A stretch of DNA of 64,000 nt from Eledone cirrhosa (Eukaryota): contig OZ024740.1 of NCBI GenBank assembly GCA_964016885.1, forward strand, positions 256,556,001-256,620,000. The letters run 5' to 3'. Below the pieces are notes generated by a model, which was not told the DNA's origin, ran no database searches, and saw only the letters and a program-made list of their open reading frames with translations. The translations under genes were made by a program, and so were the position numbers. Positions within the stretch are counted from its first letter, which is position 1; the number at the start of each line of letters is the position of its first letter. Below are positions 1-12,944 of this stretch, piece after piece.

Positions 1-595
1 ATTTTATTATTATTTGATATAATCGTTGGAGCATTGCACATATTTGATTTTGTATTTGTTCCGAATTTATAGGGTCTAAATTCAAATATAGAAGAGGTTG
101 ATTTTGCTTTTCATCCTTCCGTGGTTGATAAAATTAAGTACTAAGGTCAATCTAATCGACTTTCTCCTACAACAAGTTGCTAGTATTGTGCCTAAAGTAG
201 AATCCATTAATACGAACCCTTTATAGAATGGGAAACGGCGTTCTCCACTACTTTAAATAAAACAAATCTAAAAATGTCTAATGTAATGACTTTTAATTTC
301 TGAGCCAAAATATATATATGAGAAAGATTCATTAATGTTTTCAATTTTTCTATCTTCGGCTGAATTGCTGAAGCAATATCGCATTATTTAATATAAATTT
401 TAAAATGTAATAAAATGGTCACCCACGTCTATTTCTTGTAGACACAGAGCCGCTCACGTCACTTTGATATCAGAACTCTCGGGTGGCAAATACATTAAAT
501 GTGATGAAAAAAACCAAAAAAACAGGTTGAATCTAATATTTGTCTATATATTCGTCGTGCTTAATTTATTCTAATCCGTTGGCATAATAACCTGT

Positions 596-949
<354 letters not shown>

Positions 950-1024
950 TATAATACTCTGCTCCGTAGGAGCATAGAGTGCTCAACCGGCATACCGCCT
1001 ATGGAAGCATCTTAGCTAACATTG

Positions 1025-1210
1025 GTGGATTGGCAGTATCGGTAGAGGGTTGGGCGCCATGCTTTTAAGTATAGAGTTACCTCCCTTTATGATCTGAGTT
1101 CAAATCCCGCCGAGGTTAACTTTGCCTTTCATCCTTACGGGGTCGATAAAATAAAGTACCAGTAATGCACTGGTATAATTTCTGGCCTGCTGCCAAAAGT
1201 AGAAACAATT
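1025..1210 (+). mobile_element. tRNA-derived SINE, family A (representative copy)
   Basis: A-box-like tggcagtatcggtag, B-box gagttcaaatccc, core aactttgcctttcatccttacggggtcgataaaataaagtaccag. Other plus-strand copies at about 75-210, 2128-2304, 2405-2586, 10975-11070, 12500-12630 and 58540-58695. Confidence 0.85.
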
Positions 1211-1376
1211 ATATATATATATATATATGTCCCAATGACTTTTTTTAGCCGTTGTTCGCACCAACCTGAGGCATATGGCCCTTAAAGCGATGAAATGCCT
1301 GCGACGGTTGGAGGGTCACTGATGAAGGACCTACTTTTTCACACGCCCCACCATTTGCAACGGGCAGCCTATTATT

Positions 1377-1407
<31 letters not shown>

Positions 1408-1411
<4 letters not shown>

Positions 1412-2013
1412 AGAGTCAGGACCCCGACGGCTGAGCTCCGGCCGTTTCGACTTCTATATGCTTTTTAGACAACTGTTAGACCTGGCATACTCACTTTCAC
1501 TCTACAACTTTCCTTGATTCTCATATGCTGATTTTACCCCATTAGAGATAGCTGTAAAGAATTCTCTTTTAGCGCATGACCGGCCTGGCATCGAAAGGTC
1601 AGAATGTCATCTTACTCCCTTCCTTTTGTTCCACAGGCCGTTTCACCCCCCCCCCCATGCCCCCCCCCCCCCCCCCCCCCCGCCGCTATGAAGGAATTTA
1701 ACCATGTACATGACATATCAAAATCATTGATCACCCTCCGTGACAGACAAGAAAAACAACAATTTTTAGGATTGTTTGATATACTTCTACTGTGTTTTGA
1801 TTGCATGCCCATATATGGACTGTACTCCTTGATAAGTTCAGCTAAGTCCCTGCCGTCCTAATACTACTGGTTTAGTTCGGATCTAGCTGTCGAAACGGCC
1901 GGGGCTCAGCCGCTGGGGTCCTGACTCTTTTCCTATTACCCACTCTACTATTCTAAGTATCGAGTACTCTGGTGCGTTATGGTCTACCTTGTTCCTTACC
2001 ACACTTTCTTTGT
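1408..2013. mobile_element. Small element with inverted termini (1408-1451 / 1889-1932) plus 3' tail; relatives at 11305-11353, 14194-14400 and about 53560-53630
   Basis: gaaaagagtcaggacccc...ccgtttcgac mirrors gtcgaaacgg...gggtcctgactcttttc. The tail attacccactctact...accacactt is shared with 14323-14400. Confidence 0.7.
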
Positions 2014-2126
2014 TATATTATATTATATTATATTATATTATATTATATTATATTATATTATATTATATTATATTATATTATATTATATTATATTATATTA
2101 TATTATATTATATTATATTATATTAT
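2014..2126. repeat. (TATTA)n pentanucleotide microsatellite
   Basis: Direct reading. Confidence 0.98.
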
Positions 2127-2303
2127 ACGGCAGTATCGGTAGAGGGTCGGACACCATGGTTTGACGCATAGAGTTACGGCCCTTGCCATTCTGAGTTCAA
2201 ATCCCGCCGAGGTTAACTTTGCCTTTCATTCTTACGGGGTCGATAAAATAAAGTACCAGTAATGTACTGGTAATTGCTGGCCTTGTGCCAATAGTAGAAA
2301 CAA

Positions 2304-2391
2304 TTACATTACATTACGTTACGTTACGTTACGTTACGTTGCGTTGCGTTGCGTTGCGTTGCGTTGCGTTACATTACATTACATTACATTA
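2304..2391. repeat. Compound pentanucleotide repeat (TTACA)n(TTACG)n(TTGCG)n(TTACA)n
   Basis: Direct reading; follows a SINE 3' end. Confidence 0.95.
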
Positions 2392-2802
2392 TACGTATAC
2401 AAGGTCGGTGGGATGGAAGTATCGGTAGAGCGTCGGACGCCATGCTTTGCAACATAGAATTATGCCACTTTACGGTCTGAGTTCAAATCCCACCGACGTC
2501 AACTTTGCCTTTCATCCTTACAGGCTCGATAAAATAAAGCACCAGTAATACACTGGGATAAGTGCTGGCTAAAAGTAGAAACAATTATATTATGTTATAC
2601 ATATACTAATTTAAAGTATCATAACATATATATTTGTGATGAATGTGTTTTTCAGTGAAAAAGCTCAATGAACCAGAGCATCAATAATGCAAATTGAAAA
2701 AAAAAATGTATATAACCATATATCAATTAGAGAAAACATAGTATTTTGTACAAATAATAGTTGTTTCGACTTTTTTAATTGTTTCTACTTTTCTACAAAT
2801 AA

Positions 2803-2937
2803 TAATTGTTTCTACTTTTGGCACAAGGCAAGCAATTAACCAGTGCATTACTGGTACTTTATTTTATCAACCCCGTAAGGATGAAAGGCAAAGTTAATCT
2901 CGGCGGGATTTGAACTCACAATGGCAAGGGCCGTAAT
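2803..2937 (-). mobile_element. SINE family A, minus-strand copy
   Basis: ctggtacttt...ccccgtaaggatgaaaggcaaagttaa...gggatttgaactc. Other minus-strand copies at about 15720-15845, 59220-59360, 62120-62300 and 62325-62530. Confidence 0.85.
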
Positions 2938-3262
2938 AAGTATTATTATTATATATAATAAAACCATATAATATTTAGAAAACATTATAAACTTTATGGT
3001 GGAAAAATTAATAAATTCCTGACAACGCTGTTTCATAGTTACTAGAACCGGATTGAAAATCGATCTAAGTAATCGATTATCGATTACCAGCTATCGTTTA
3101 TCGTATAGCTCTGGGTGATGTGGAACTAATCGTCAGAGGAAAAATGTCTTGTTATAAGAGAATTAATTAGTCAATCCAACCCCTCGTGGCTTGAATTAAC
3201 TTTTTAACAGTGACGGCATATGTAAACTGGACTGTATACATGCAGCCTCGTTAATCTAACTG

Positions 3263-3541
3263 CTATGATGATGATCATCATCACCATCAATGTTATCAAC
3301 ATCACCATTTTCATGATTACCACCACCATTACTATCATCATCATCACCCTCACTACAAGCATCACCAACCCAAAACCACCACTGCCACCATCATCATAAT
3401 CACCCCCACCATCATCATCATCATCATCATCACAATCACCCCCGCCCCGCATCATCATCACCACCAGCAATATTATAAGCATTACCAACTCAAAACCACC
3501 ACTATTATCATCCCAATCACCACCACCAGTCATACCATCAT
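3263..3541. repeat. Degenerate (CAT/CAC)n low-complexity tract
   Basis: Direct reading. Confidence 0.9.
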
Positions 3542-3964
3542 TTATTTCTCTATTTCTCTATCTATTTCGATCATAATTGAATGTAAGAACCTTTGTTAAA
3601 TTATGTTTTAAACACCAGCTAAATAATGAAAAACATCATTGTATTCCTGATCACATTCAAAATTAGTTGAAAATCAAATGCTGTGTCTAACATTGAAAAT
3701 ATTGCAACGAAATTTGGCGAGAAAGAAAGTCTCCGTTATCATCTGTAAGATCTGGAGACGGTATAATATAACTACAATAGCAATAAAACACAGCGAGCGC
3801 TGTGTCACAAACATCTGCTACTAATGCTACACCTGGTGATGGTGGTAGAACTACCGCTACAATCAGATAAATACCTACATTTACACCTAAAGACTACTGT
3901 TGTTTGTGGCATTGACAACCTACGTAAACTTTTTTCCGCACGCACACACACATACACACACACA

Positions 3965-4006
<42 letters not shown>

Positions 4007-4025
4007 CGTATATATATATACATAC

Positions 4026-4106
<81 letters not shown>

Positions 4107-4182
4107 CATATACACATACATATACACGTATATGAACTGTATCGCTTGCTCTGTTATTTCTGTTTACTTTTTACACACACAC

Positions 4183-4269
<87 letters not shown>

Positions 4270-4479
4270 GAACTACTTCCATAAGAACACCAACCGAAAT
4301 AGGGGACTACTAAGGAATACCCTGCTTGAGGCGAACTTGATGGCAACCAACCTAAGGTTTAGGAAGAATGCGGGGAAGATGTGGACCTACATCTCTGATA
4401 TTTAGCCATGGCTAAACAGACAGATAGAGAGCTAGAGAGACATATGGATAAATACATCCAACTATGTCTGATGTCTGTT

Positions 4480-6631
4480 TACATTCTGTTGAGGAAGAAG
4501 TGGCGGAATAGTGTTCTAAATACAGAACCATACAATTATTTCACTACACTGGGCAGTGGCCACCGGCTTGTTATGAGTGAGGTCTGGGTGAGCTTAAGCA
4601 AGAATAAGGCTCAGCCCCGGAGAGCTGTCTATGACTGGCTAGCTTTCAAGGGAGATGATAAGCTACAGGAGAGGTATACAGTAGAAGTGAGGAATAGGTT
4701 CTGTGCTCTGTCGAGAGGCAGAGGAAAGAGAGATTGGAGGGACTGAGGAAAGTGTGACGAGGAGGTACGGGTACTTCACCATTGCAGTGGCAGAGGCAAG
4801 TGAGACCGTGGTGGCGAGGAGAGAGAAGAAGAAGAACGTAAGCTCTGCAGACCCAAAAGTGTGTGCAGCCGGAGAACACACGAAAGCTGTCAAGGACCAA
4901 TTCCATGCTGATCCTACGGAGGAGAGGATGGAGAATATGGAGGTGATGAAGGAAGAACTCTGTACCGCTTACACTGAGGCCAGAGAGGAGCTGCTGATAG
5001 AGAAGATCAGAAGTGTGGAGAGAGCGGTTGACAGATGTAAAGAGAGCTGGACGATCATCAACGAGATCGCAGGGAGGAAGAGAGGGTGTTCGAGTCAGAT
5101 CCAGGGAATAGGATCCAAGGATAGGCAGAGGAAATGGCTGTACCATTTTAGGACCCTACTAGGAGAGCCACCCTCCACAGCCCAAATCACTGGGGAGATC
5201 AGGCAGCTGTTTGAGGAACTGGATATTGAGACAGGACCCTTCTCCAGAGAGAAGCTTCAGAGAGCCAAGAATAAGATCAAGGAGGGCAAGGCACATGGAG
5301 AAGATGGAGTGGCATCAGAGGAGATGAAGAGGTGTGATTTTGATGATATCATCCTGGAGTTCTGTAACCACTGGAGAAAGGAATTACCCCGAATCAATGG
5401 GGGATCAGTAACATCGTCCCAATGCCAAAGAAGGGAGATCTCTCTAATACCAACAACTACCGCGGGATTTTACTGACATCACTTGTGACAAAGACCCTCA
5501 ACAGGATGATTCTTATCAGGATCCAGCTCGAGATAAGGGAGAAGCTCAAGGACAACTAGAACTGCTTCAGAGAGGGAATATGAACCACCAGTCACATCCA
5601 GATGCTGAGGAGGATATTACAGGGAGCTAGAGCAAAGGGTCTTCCCGCTGTCATGGTTTTCATTGACTTTAGGAAGGCTTGTGATTCTGTGGATTGTCAC
5701 TACCTGATGAAGATCTTACAGGGTTATGGAATCCACAAGATGACAGTGGACCTGATATCACTGATCTACACCAACACAGAGCCCAAGTCATTACACCTGA
5801 CGGGATGACGGAGTTCTTTGAGATACTGGCCAGAGTGCTCGAGGGAGATATATTGGCGTCTTAACTTTTTATCATCGCAGTGAACTATTGTATGCGCCTT
5901 GCGCTGGAGAAACAACTGGACTCTGGCTTTTCTGTAGCACTGGCTCAGAGCAGTAGAGTTAAGGCGAAAAAGATATCAAATGCTGAATTTGCGGACGACA
6001 TAGTTCTGGCGACAAACACAGTGAAGGAGGCAGTTGATGCAGAAAGTGGAGTCTATCGATGAGTGTAGGGCTGAGAATGAACGAGATTAAGACGAAGTAT
6101 CTGGTAGAGAATATTAAGAAGCCAGAGAAGATTACTAATGTAGGCGGGAAACCGCTAGAATTGGTTGAGGACTCCCTGTATCTGGGAGCGAAGATTGCGA
6201 ATACAGAAGATGATGTGGTAGAGAGCAAGAGCAAAGCCTGAGTGGCGTGTCACAGTTTGAAGTTGGTGTGGAAGTCGGAGCATCGTAAAGACCTGAAGAT
6301 CCATCTCTTCATTGCTACAGTGGAGTCTGTGGTACTGTAGACTTGCCCAAGAGACTCACTCAGATGATGGATGGGTGCTACACGAGAATGCTGAGAACAT
6401 TATTCAGTATACACTGAGGATGAAGAACTCAGAGCTGTACGCCCCGCTCCCCCCAATGTCACTTCGAAAGTAACATAAAGGAGACTGAGGTTAGTTGGAC
6501 ATGCTCACCGACACTGCTCTCAGTGCTCCTGTTGGAGTCCTTACACGAACACACAAGAAGAGGTTGACGATAGTGAAGGACAGAGACCGATAATGAGAAC
6601 TCGTCCATGGATCTCGGGAATTTTACTCGCG
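4480..6631 (+). mobile_element. Degenerate RTE-clade LINE (endonuclease end, RT, 3' end)
   Basis: Peptides VEVRNRF, GKAHGEDG, VMVFIDFRKACDSVD, AEFADDIVL, YLGAKI, with stops and frameshifts. Confidence 0.88.
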
Positions 6632-6649
6632 CTATATATATGTGTGTGT

Positions 6650-6693
<44 letters not shown>

Positions 6694-7124
6694 ATAGAGA
6701 AATTAATGTAAGCAAGAAGCCAACAGTAATTCAGACATATAAGTGACTATTACGTCAAGATGAAAAATATTTAACGTAAGATATGGGAAAATAATTCAAT
6801 CCCAATTCAAAACAAGTCAAGAGCAGAAATTTTATCCACATATTTTGTGTAATCCGGGGAAAAAACCAATAGAATCTTAACTCAAAATAAAATGAAGAGT
6901 AAATAGCTATTCGTCAATTTGGAAAAATCTACAAATGCACTATATAGTCTTAAAAAGACTATTTCACGAAACTTTTTGTTGGGTTAGTCACGGTTTGCAT
7001 CGTTCCTCAGCAGTGCTCAAACCGTTAACTAAGAATCACTACTAAAATATATATATATATGAGTGTGTGTGTTAGTTTGTGTGTATGTGTTTGTGTGTGT
7101 GAGTGTTTGTGTGTGTGTGTGTGT

Positions 7125-8130
7125 ATAAATTCTTGATGTATATTATGCATGAGATGGATTTCAAGAAGGTCGGTAACCTGGGCTGACTCACTTGAATACA
7201 TAATTATGTCAAAATTACCATTTCTATGTCTATGTGTCCAATATTCATTTTTTAATATCAAGAGCTTCTAGAAGTCAAAACTAAATCTATTTTTCCCTAG
7301 TTAAGTTAGAGTTGCGCATAGAAAACATAAAGGCCTTATTAAGAAGAACAGGTGAGATAGAAGAAGAAGAATCATTTATATCGAATTGGATTAACTTAGA
7401 TGGTGCCTTGTCCTCTATTCGAGTGAACCAGTCAATTGCGTCCCTAGTATTGTCCTAAAGTTTAATCGACAACGTATTTCTCATCTCAATTATTACTCTA
7501 TATAATACGTTTTTTCTGATACGTCCTATGTCACATATAGAAGGGCAAATTAACCTAATAGATGGGTTAGACTAGAAATTATTTTTATGGTCCTTTAAAC
7601 TGAAATTCGGTTGTCGAAATACTTACAGTTCAGTTCTGTTAGCCATACCTAAGTTATTTACTATGCCTCGGCCCTCTCTATTAATAATATTAATGGTAGA
7701 TATATTCGTCTAAACGATATTTTGTATGTAGTTGCTTAAGTATAAATTTCTTATAAGTATCGATGTCTAAGAAAAGATATTGCCGGTTTTATCGGCGCGA
7801 ATGAGTACGCCCTTCATTTTTTTCAGTTGATCCATAGCGGATCGAAGATTTCGCTGGAAATGAATGCGGTACCAGTGCTTCATAAATTTAACATTACTTA
7901 TCAGATTCGTTAGATTGGTCTCAAAGGCTTCTAGATGTGGGTTTATACATGCGTTAAACATGAAGTTATTACATTTTCCGGAATGTAAATTTCCGTTACG
8001 ATTTCTCCTATTTTCAAAGTGACTAGCTTTCCATCTAACACGGTGGATGAAATCATTTCTTTTTTGATTATATCCTTGATGTATTCATTATTTACAAATA
8101 TACCTAGGCAGTGTTTTTCCATAGTGTGAT
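7125..8130 (-). mobile_element. Degenerate Penelope-like element RT fragment
   Basis: Minus-strand peptides PHLEAFE..L, IRADKTGNI, RLICPSICDIGRI, IQFDI...SIS..LLNKA, NFDIIMYSSESAQVTDL (resembles FDVxMGSxDGAEVCDL). Confidence 0.75.
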
Positions 8131-8191
8131 AGTAAGTAGTCAAATTGGCTGTACCGTACAGCAGCAATTTACGCAGGCACACACACACGCG

Positions 8192-8253
<62 letters not shown>

Positions 8254-8257
<4 letters not shown>

Positions 8258-9062
8258 TATGTATATATACGTACATACATATATGTATACAGACGTCCAG
8301 TAGCATGTATATATATATATATATATACATACAGGCACACATACATATATGCACGTATCAGTTTACCGAACATTTATTATAATGCTCGGTTTGTTCGTTT
8401 GTAAACAAACAAACAGCCTGAATTACGCCGTACAGTGTTTAGGCAACCAAGTCACCTTTTTGTTCAACACTGACACAAGAACGATGTACTAAGTTCAAGC
8501 TTATATAGCTATTGTCAGCACCGTATACCTTTCTGCCAGATGGTTGAACGTCCGAAAGTATATACTTTCCTTATGAAAATTAACGGCTGAGCAGCCTAAT
8601 TTGCATATCGAGTGAGTTCAGTCGGCCAGGCGCACCGAAAACGATAAATGGAATAGAATGAAACGAAATTTCATTTCTCACTCTTAGTACGGCACTTACT
8701 TAAATGTAAGTATGTATGTATACGTACATACATATATGTATACAGACGTACAGTAGCATGTATATATATGCATACAGGCACACATACATATATGCACGTA
8801 TCAGTTTACCGAACATTTATTATAATGCTCGGTTTGTTCGTTTGTAAACAAACAAACAGCCTGAATTACGCCGTACAGTGTTTAGGCAACCACCTCACCT
8901 TTTTGTTCAACACTGACACAAGAACGATGTACTAGTTTCAAGCTTATTAGCTATCGTTAGCACCGTATACCTTTCTGCCAGATGGTTGAACGTCCGAAAG
9001 TATATACTTTCCTTATGAAAATTAACGGCTGAGCAGCCTAATTTGCATATCGAGTGAGTTCA
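8254..9062. repeat. Tandem duplication (about 440-bp period); third partial copy at 11435-11750
   Basis: 8254-8621 and 8708-9062 are near-identical. The block aaacgaaatttcatttctcactcttagta is shared by 8661 and 11439. Confidence 0.9.
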
Positions 9063-9084
9063 TATATATATATAGATGCTACTG

Positions 9085-9127
<43 letters not shown>

Positions 9128-9285
9128 ATGTGTGTGTGTGTGTGTGTGTGTATGTGTGTGTGTGTGTGTGTGTGCGTGTGTGTGTGCGTGTGTGCTTGTG
9201 TGCGGGTGCGTGTGGGGGTATGCATATATATTTGCGCGCACACAGACGCAGACGCAGACACTCGTTCACACACACAAACTCACAA

Positions 9286-9337
<52 letters not shown>

Positions 9338-9358
9338 ATACATATAGATATGTGTGTG

Positions 9359-9404
<46 letters not shown>

Positions 9405-9595
9405 TACACGCGTGTATGTGCCGATATTTTTACAGGGAGGCACCGTATCTCTTATTTAAGTTCTTGAAGTGAACGGATGTTTGTGTTCCTTGAGAAAATA
9501 CTAAGATATGACAACTGGAAATCTCATTAATGCCATTGGAATTCTACGTTATTAAAGAAAACAACAACAATATCAGACATGACGACATCAAACAG

Positions 9596-9596
<1 letters not shown>

Positions 9597-9692
<96 letters not shown>

Positions 9693-9706
9693 AAGAAGAA
9701 GAAGAA
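9597..9706. repeat. (AAT)n(AAG)n compound trinucleotide repeat
   Basis: Direct reading. Confidence 0.98.
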
Positions 9707-9731
9707 AAGGAGTATTCATTAACACTCGTGT

Positions 9732-9774
<43 letters not shown>

Positions 9775-9937
9775 CAAGAACACACCCACATAATATATAT
9801 ATATGGATGTGTGTATATGCATATATATATGCATATATATGGAGAATGAAACAGTAAAAAGTAAACAATTAGTAATAATTCTCATTACAGTTGGTGAATA
9901 AGCACAACCCTATATAATTTCAAAGATACACACACAC

Positions 9938-10044
<107 letters not shown>

Positions 10045-11159
10045 AATATATATATGCATTTTGACTGATTAATACGGGTAGGTGTGTGGGTATTCATGTC
10101 TGAGTCAGTTTTATCAAAATTTCTACCCTGACACCCGTTATTGCATACCATCCTATCGGATCATCTAAGAATATTTCAACATCCATCAGTAAATCTCTTT
10201 GCTAAGGCAGCCGTTCCATGAACCACTCATATCCGGTTTTCTTTTGAACACTCTACAGTTACACACCCAAACATCCAGCATCCCAACTACATACGTCTAA
10301 CTCTGCTTGACGTCCGTCGGTTCCAATGACGAATGTCTCAGTTGTTTCATCAACAATATTGTTTCGTCGAATCTTTACAGTATTCGTTTCGGCTCTCTAC
10401 TTTTGGAGTTCAACTTTGTCTTTCATCTATTCGTGCTCGATGACAGAAATACCAGTCAAGTATTGAGGTCGATTCATCCTCTATATCTCTTTCTTACTTC
10501 CATTCTCTCATTCTCTATCCTTTTCTGGAAGAAAACTGCTGTGTCCAGATCTAGAGAGGAGATGGGCACCGCCATGTTTTAAAACAGAATGTCCTAAGAA
10601 CCACCGTATGTCAGTACAACGCCTCTACGACTCCCTCGGAAGATACGGAACCAATCAGGATTGGATTACTCGACGAAATTAACGAGTAATAAACTGAGCA
10701 TTCTATAGACACATGCTTATTATGACACGGGGCATCGAACTGATGACGTACGATCATGACACGATCCCATTAACCATAAGGCTACACGTCTTCACATCCA
10801 TCTAAACATACATCCTTCATCATTTTATCTGACAATCCGGTCATTGGAATGTTAATAGCAGTGTATGTATGTATGTATGTTTGGTTGAAAGTATCTATGT
10901 ATGTATATTTGTTCGAATGTGTGTGTGTGTGTGTGTATATATATATGCATGCATGTATGTATTATTTATTTAGGCCGAGGTCATCTTTGCCTTTCATCCT
11001 TACGGGGTCGATAAAATAAAGTACCAGTAATGTACTGAGTAATTGCTGCCATTGTGCCAAAAGTAGAAAAAATTATTTGTTTATGCTGAAAAGAGGGTTT
11101 TTGATGAAAAAGAAAATAGGTAAAAAAGCGGATGAAATTAGTAAAGGCAATAGCGCTAA

Positions 11160-11207
<48 letters not shown>

Positions 11208-11351
11208 TTACACTTAGACACGAGCTGCTGGCCAAATAAATTTTGATATCAATGGGTTAAAGACATATGTGAAATCAATTAGTGGTCAGTTCTTTAGTCT
11301 AACGTCTCTGTCGAAACGGCCGAGCTCGGCCGTAGGTGTGGTGACTCTTTT

Positions 11352-11425
<74 letters not shown>

Positions 11426-11879
11426 TTGAAAAAAATGAAAACGAAATTTCATTTCTCACTCTTAGTAGTGCACTTACTTAAATGTAAGTATGTATGTATA
11501 CGTACATACATATATGTATACAGACGTACAGTAGCAAGCACACATATATATATATATATATGTATATATATACATATATATACATACAGGTACACATACA
11601 TATATGCACGCATCAGTTTAGCGGACGCTTATTATAACGCCGCTTTGTTCGTTTGTAAACAAACTGAACAGCCTGAATTTATGCCATACGGTGTTAAGGC
11701 AACCACGTCACCTTTTTGTTCAACACTGACACAGGAACGATGTACTAGTTGTACGATGTACGTTGTACGATGTACTAGTTGTACGATGTACGTCATTCCT
11801 CAATTTTCCTTATGACGTCGCACAAAATTCCCCTCTTTTTCTTAGACTGTATGTCTGGCTGCCTGCATGAGATAATGTT

Positions 11880-11990
11880 TTTCGAAATATTTACTTCTGC
11901 GTTCACAGACTGATTTTTTTAGTTTCAGAAGCTCCCGTTAAGGGTGAAAGCAGCGATTCTTTGCTTAAACTTTAATCTGGTATTTTAATA

Positions 11991-12088
<98 letters not shown>

Positions 12089-12910
12089 TAACAGATTAAA
12101 TTTTAAGCAAAGAATCACTGCTTTTACCCTTAACGGGATCTTCTGTCAGTGATGCATGTGATTATATAATCGCTGACCTCTTTTGTTTATATTTTGTGTT
12201 TGTGTATGCAAAAATATCTGTACACGAATATCTATATTAAAATAACATATTAAAGTTTAAGCAAATAATCGCTGCTTTCACCGTTAACGGGATCTTCTGA
12301 AACTAAAAAAAATCAATCTGTGAACGCATATGTAAATATTTCAAAAAACGTTGCAACCAAAGGAAAACAGGAAGACGATACTTTGGTTCGTGAAGACGTT
12401 CCCTGGCATAAGAATATATATATACACACACTATATATACATACACACACACACACTCATCGCGTCATAATGACGTAATGCAGACATCAGGCATACCGAC
12501 CCCTTGCCATTCTGAGTTCAAATCTCGTCGAGGTTAACTTTGCCTTTCATCCTAACGGGGGTGGATAAAATAAAGTACCAGTAATACACTGAGATAATTG
12601 CTGGCCTTGTGCCTATTGTAGAAACAATTATAAAGGCGCGACGTTATATCAATGTATCTATCTAAAAAGAAAGATTAAGAATTATAGACAGAGATCGCTA
12701 AATCGCCTAATGCGGTCCCTAGGGCATTGAAAATTTGAATTTTCTTTGCTCAAAACACGCACAGGACCATAAGTAATACATGTGTAAAGTTTGAAAACAA
12801 TTGGTTGGGTGGTTCTCCAGTTTTAGTGATTGGACAGACAGACAAACAGACTTCTTTGTTTTAGTAATATAGATATTCATGTACAGATATTTTTGCATAC
12901 ACAAAAACAA
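11880..12910. mobile_element. Non-autonomous repeat family with inverted copies around (AT)n and inverted termini (about 12193-12245 / 12856-12910); second copy about 42420-43135
   Basis: cagaagctcccgttaagggtgaaagcagcgattc at 11926 is mirrored at about 12112-12145 and 12267-12300. 12235-12850 aligns by eye with 42671-43132. Confidence 0.75.
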
Positions 12911-12944
12911 AAACTTATTTATTTCACGAAAGCACAGACGGCTT

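Noticed and set aside
1025-1110. tRNA gene
   Set aside because: A/B boxes belong to SINE heads; no cloverleaf, and the sequence continues into the SINE core in many dispersed copies.
3160-3205. HDV-like ribozyme suggested by CCCCTCGTGG
   Set aside because: No GG for P1.1 and no convincing P4 or P2.
3204-3533. Gly/Asp/Met-rich ORF
   Set aside because: Antisense reading of a degenerate (CAT/CAC)n tract.
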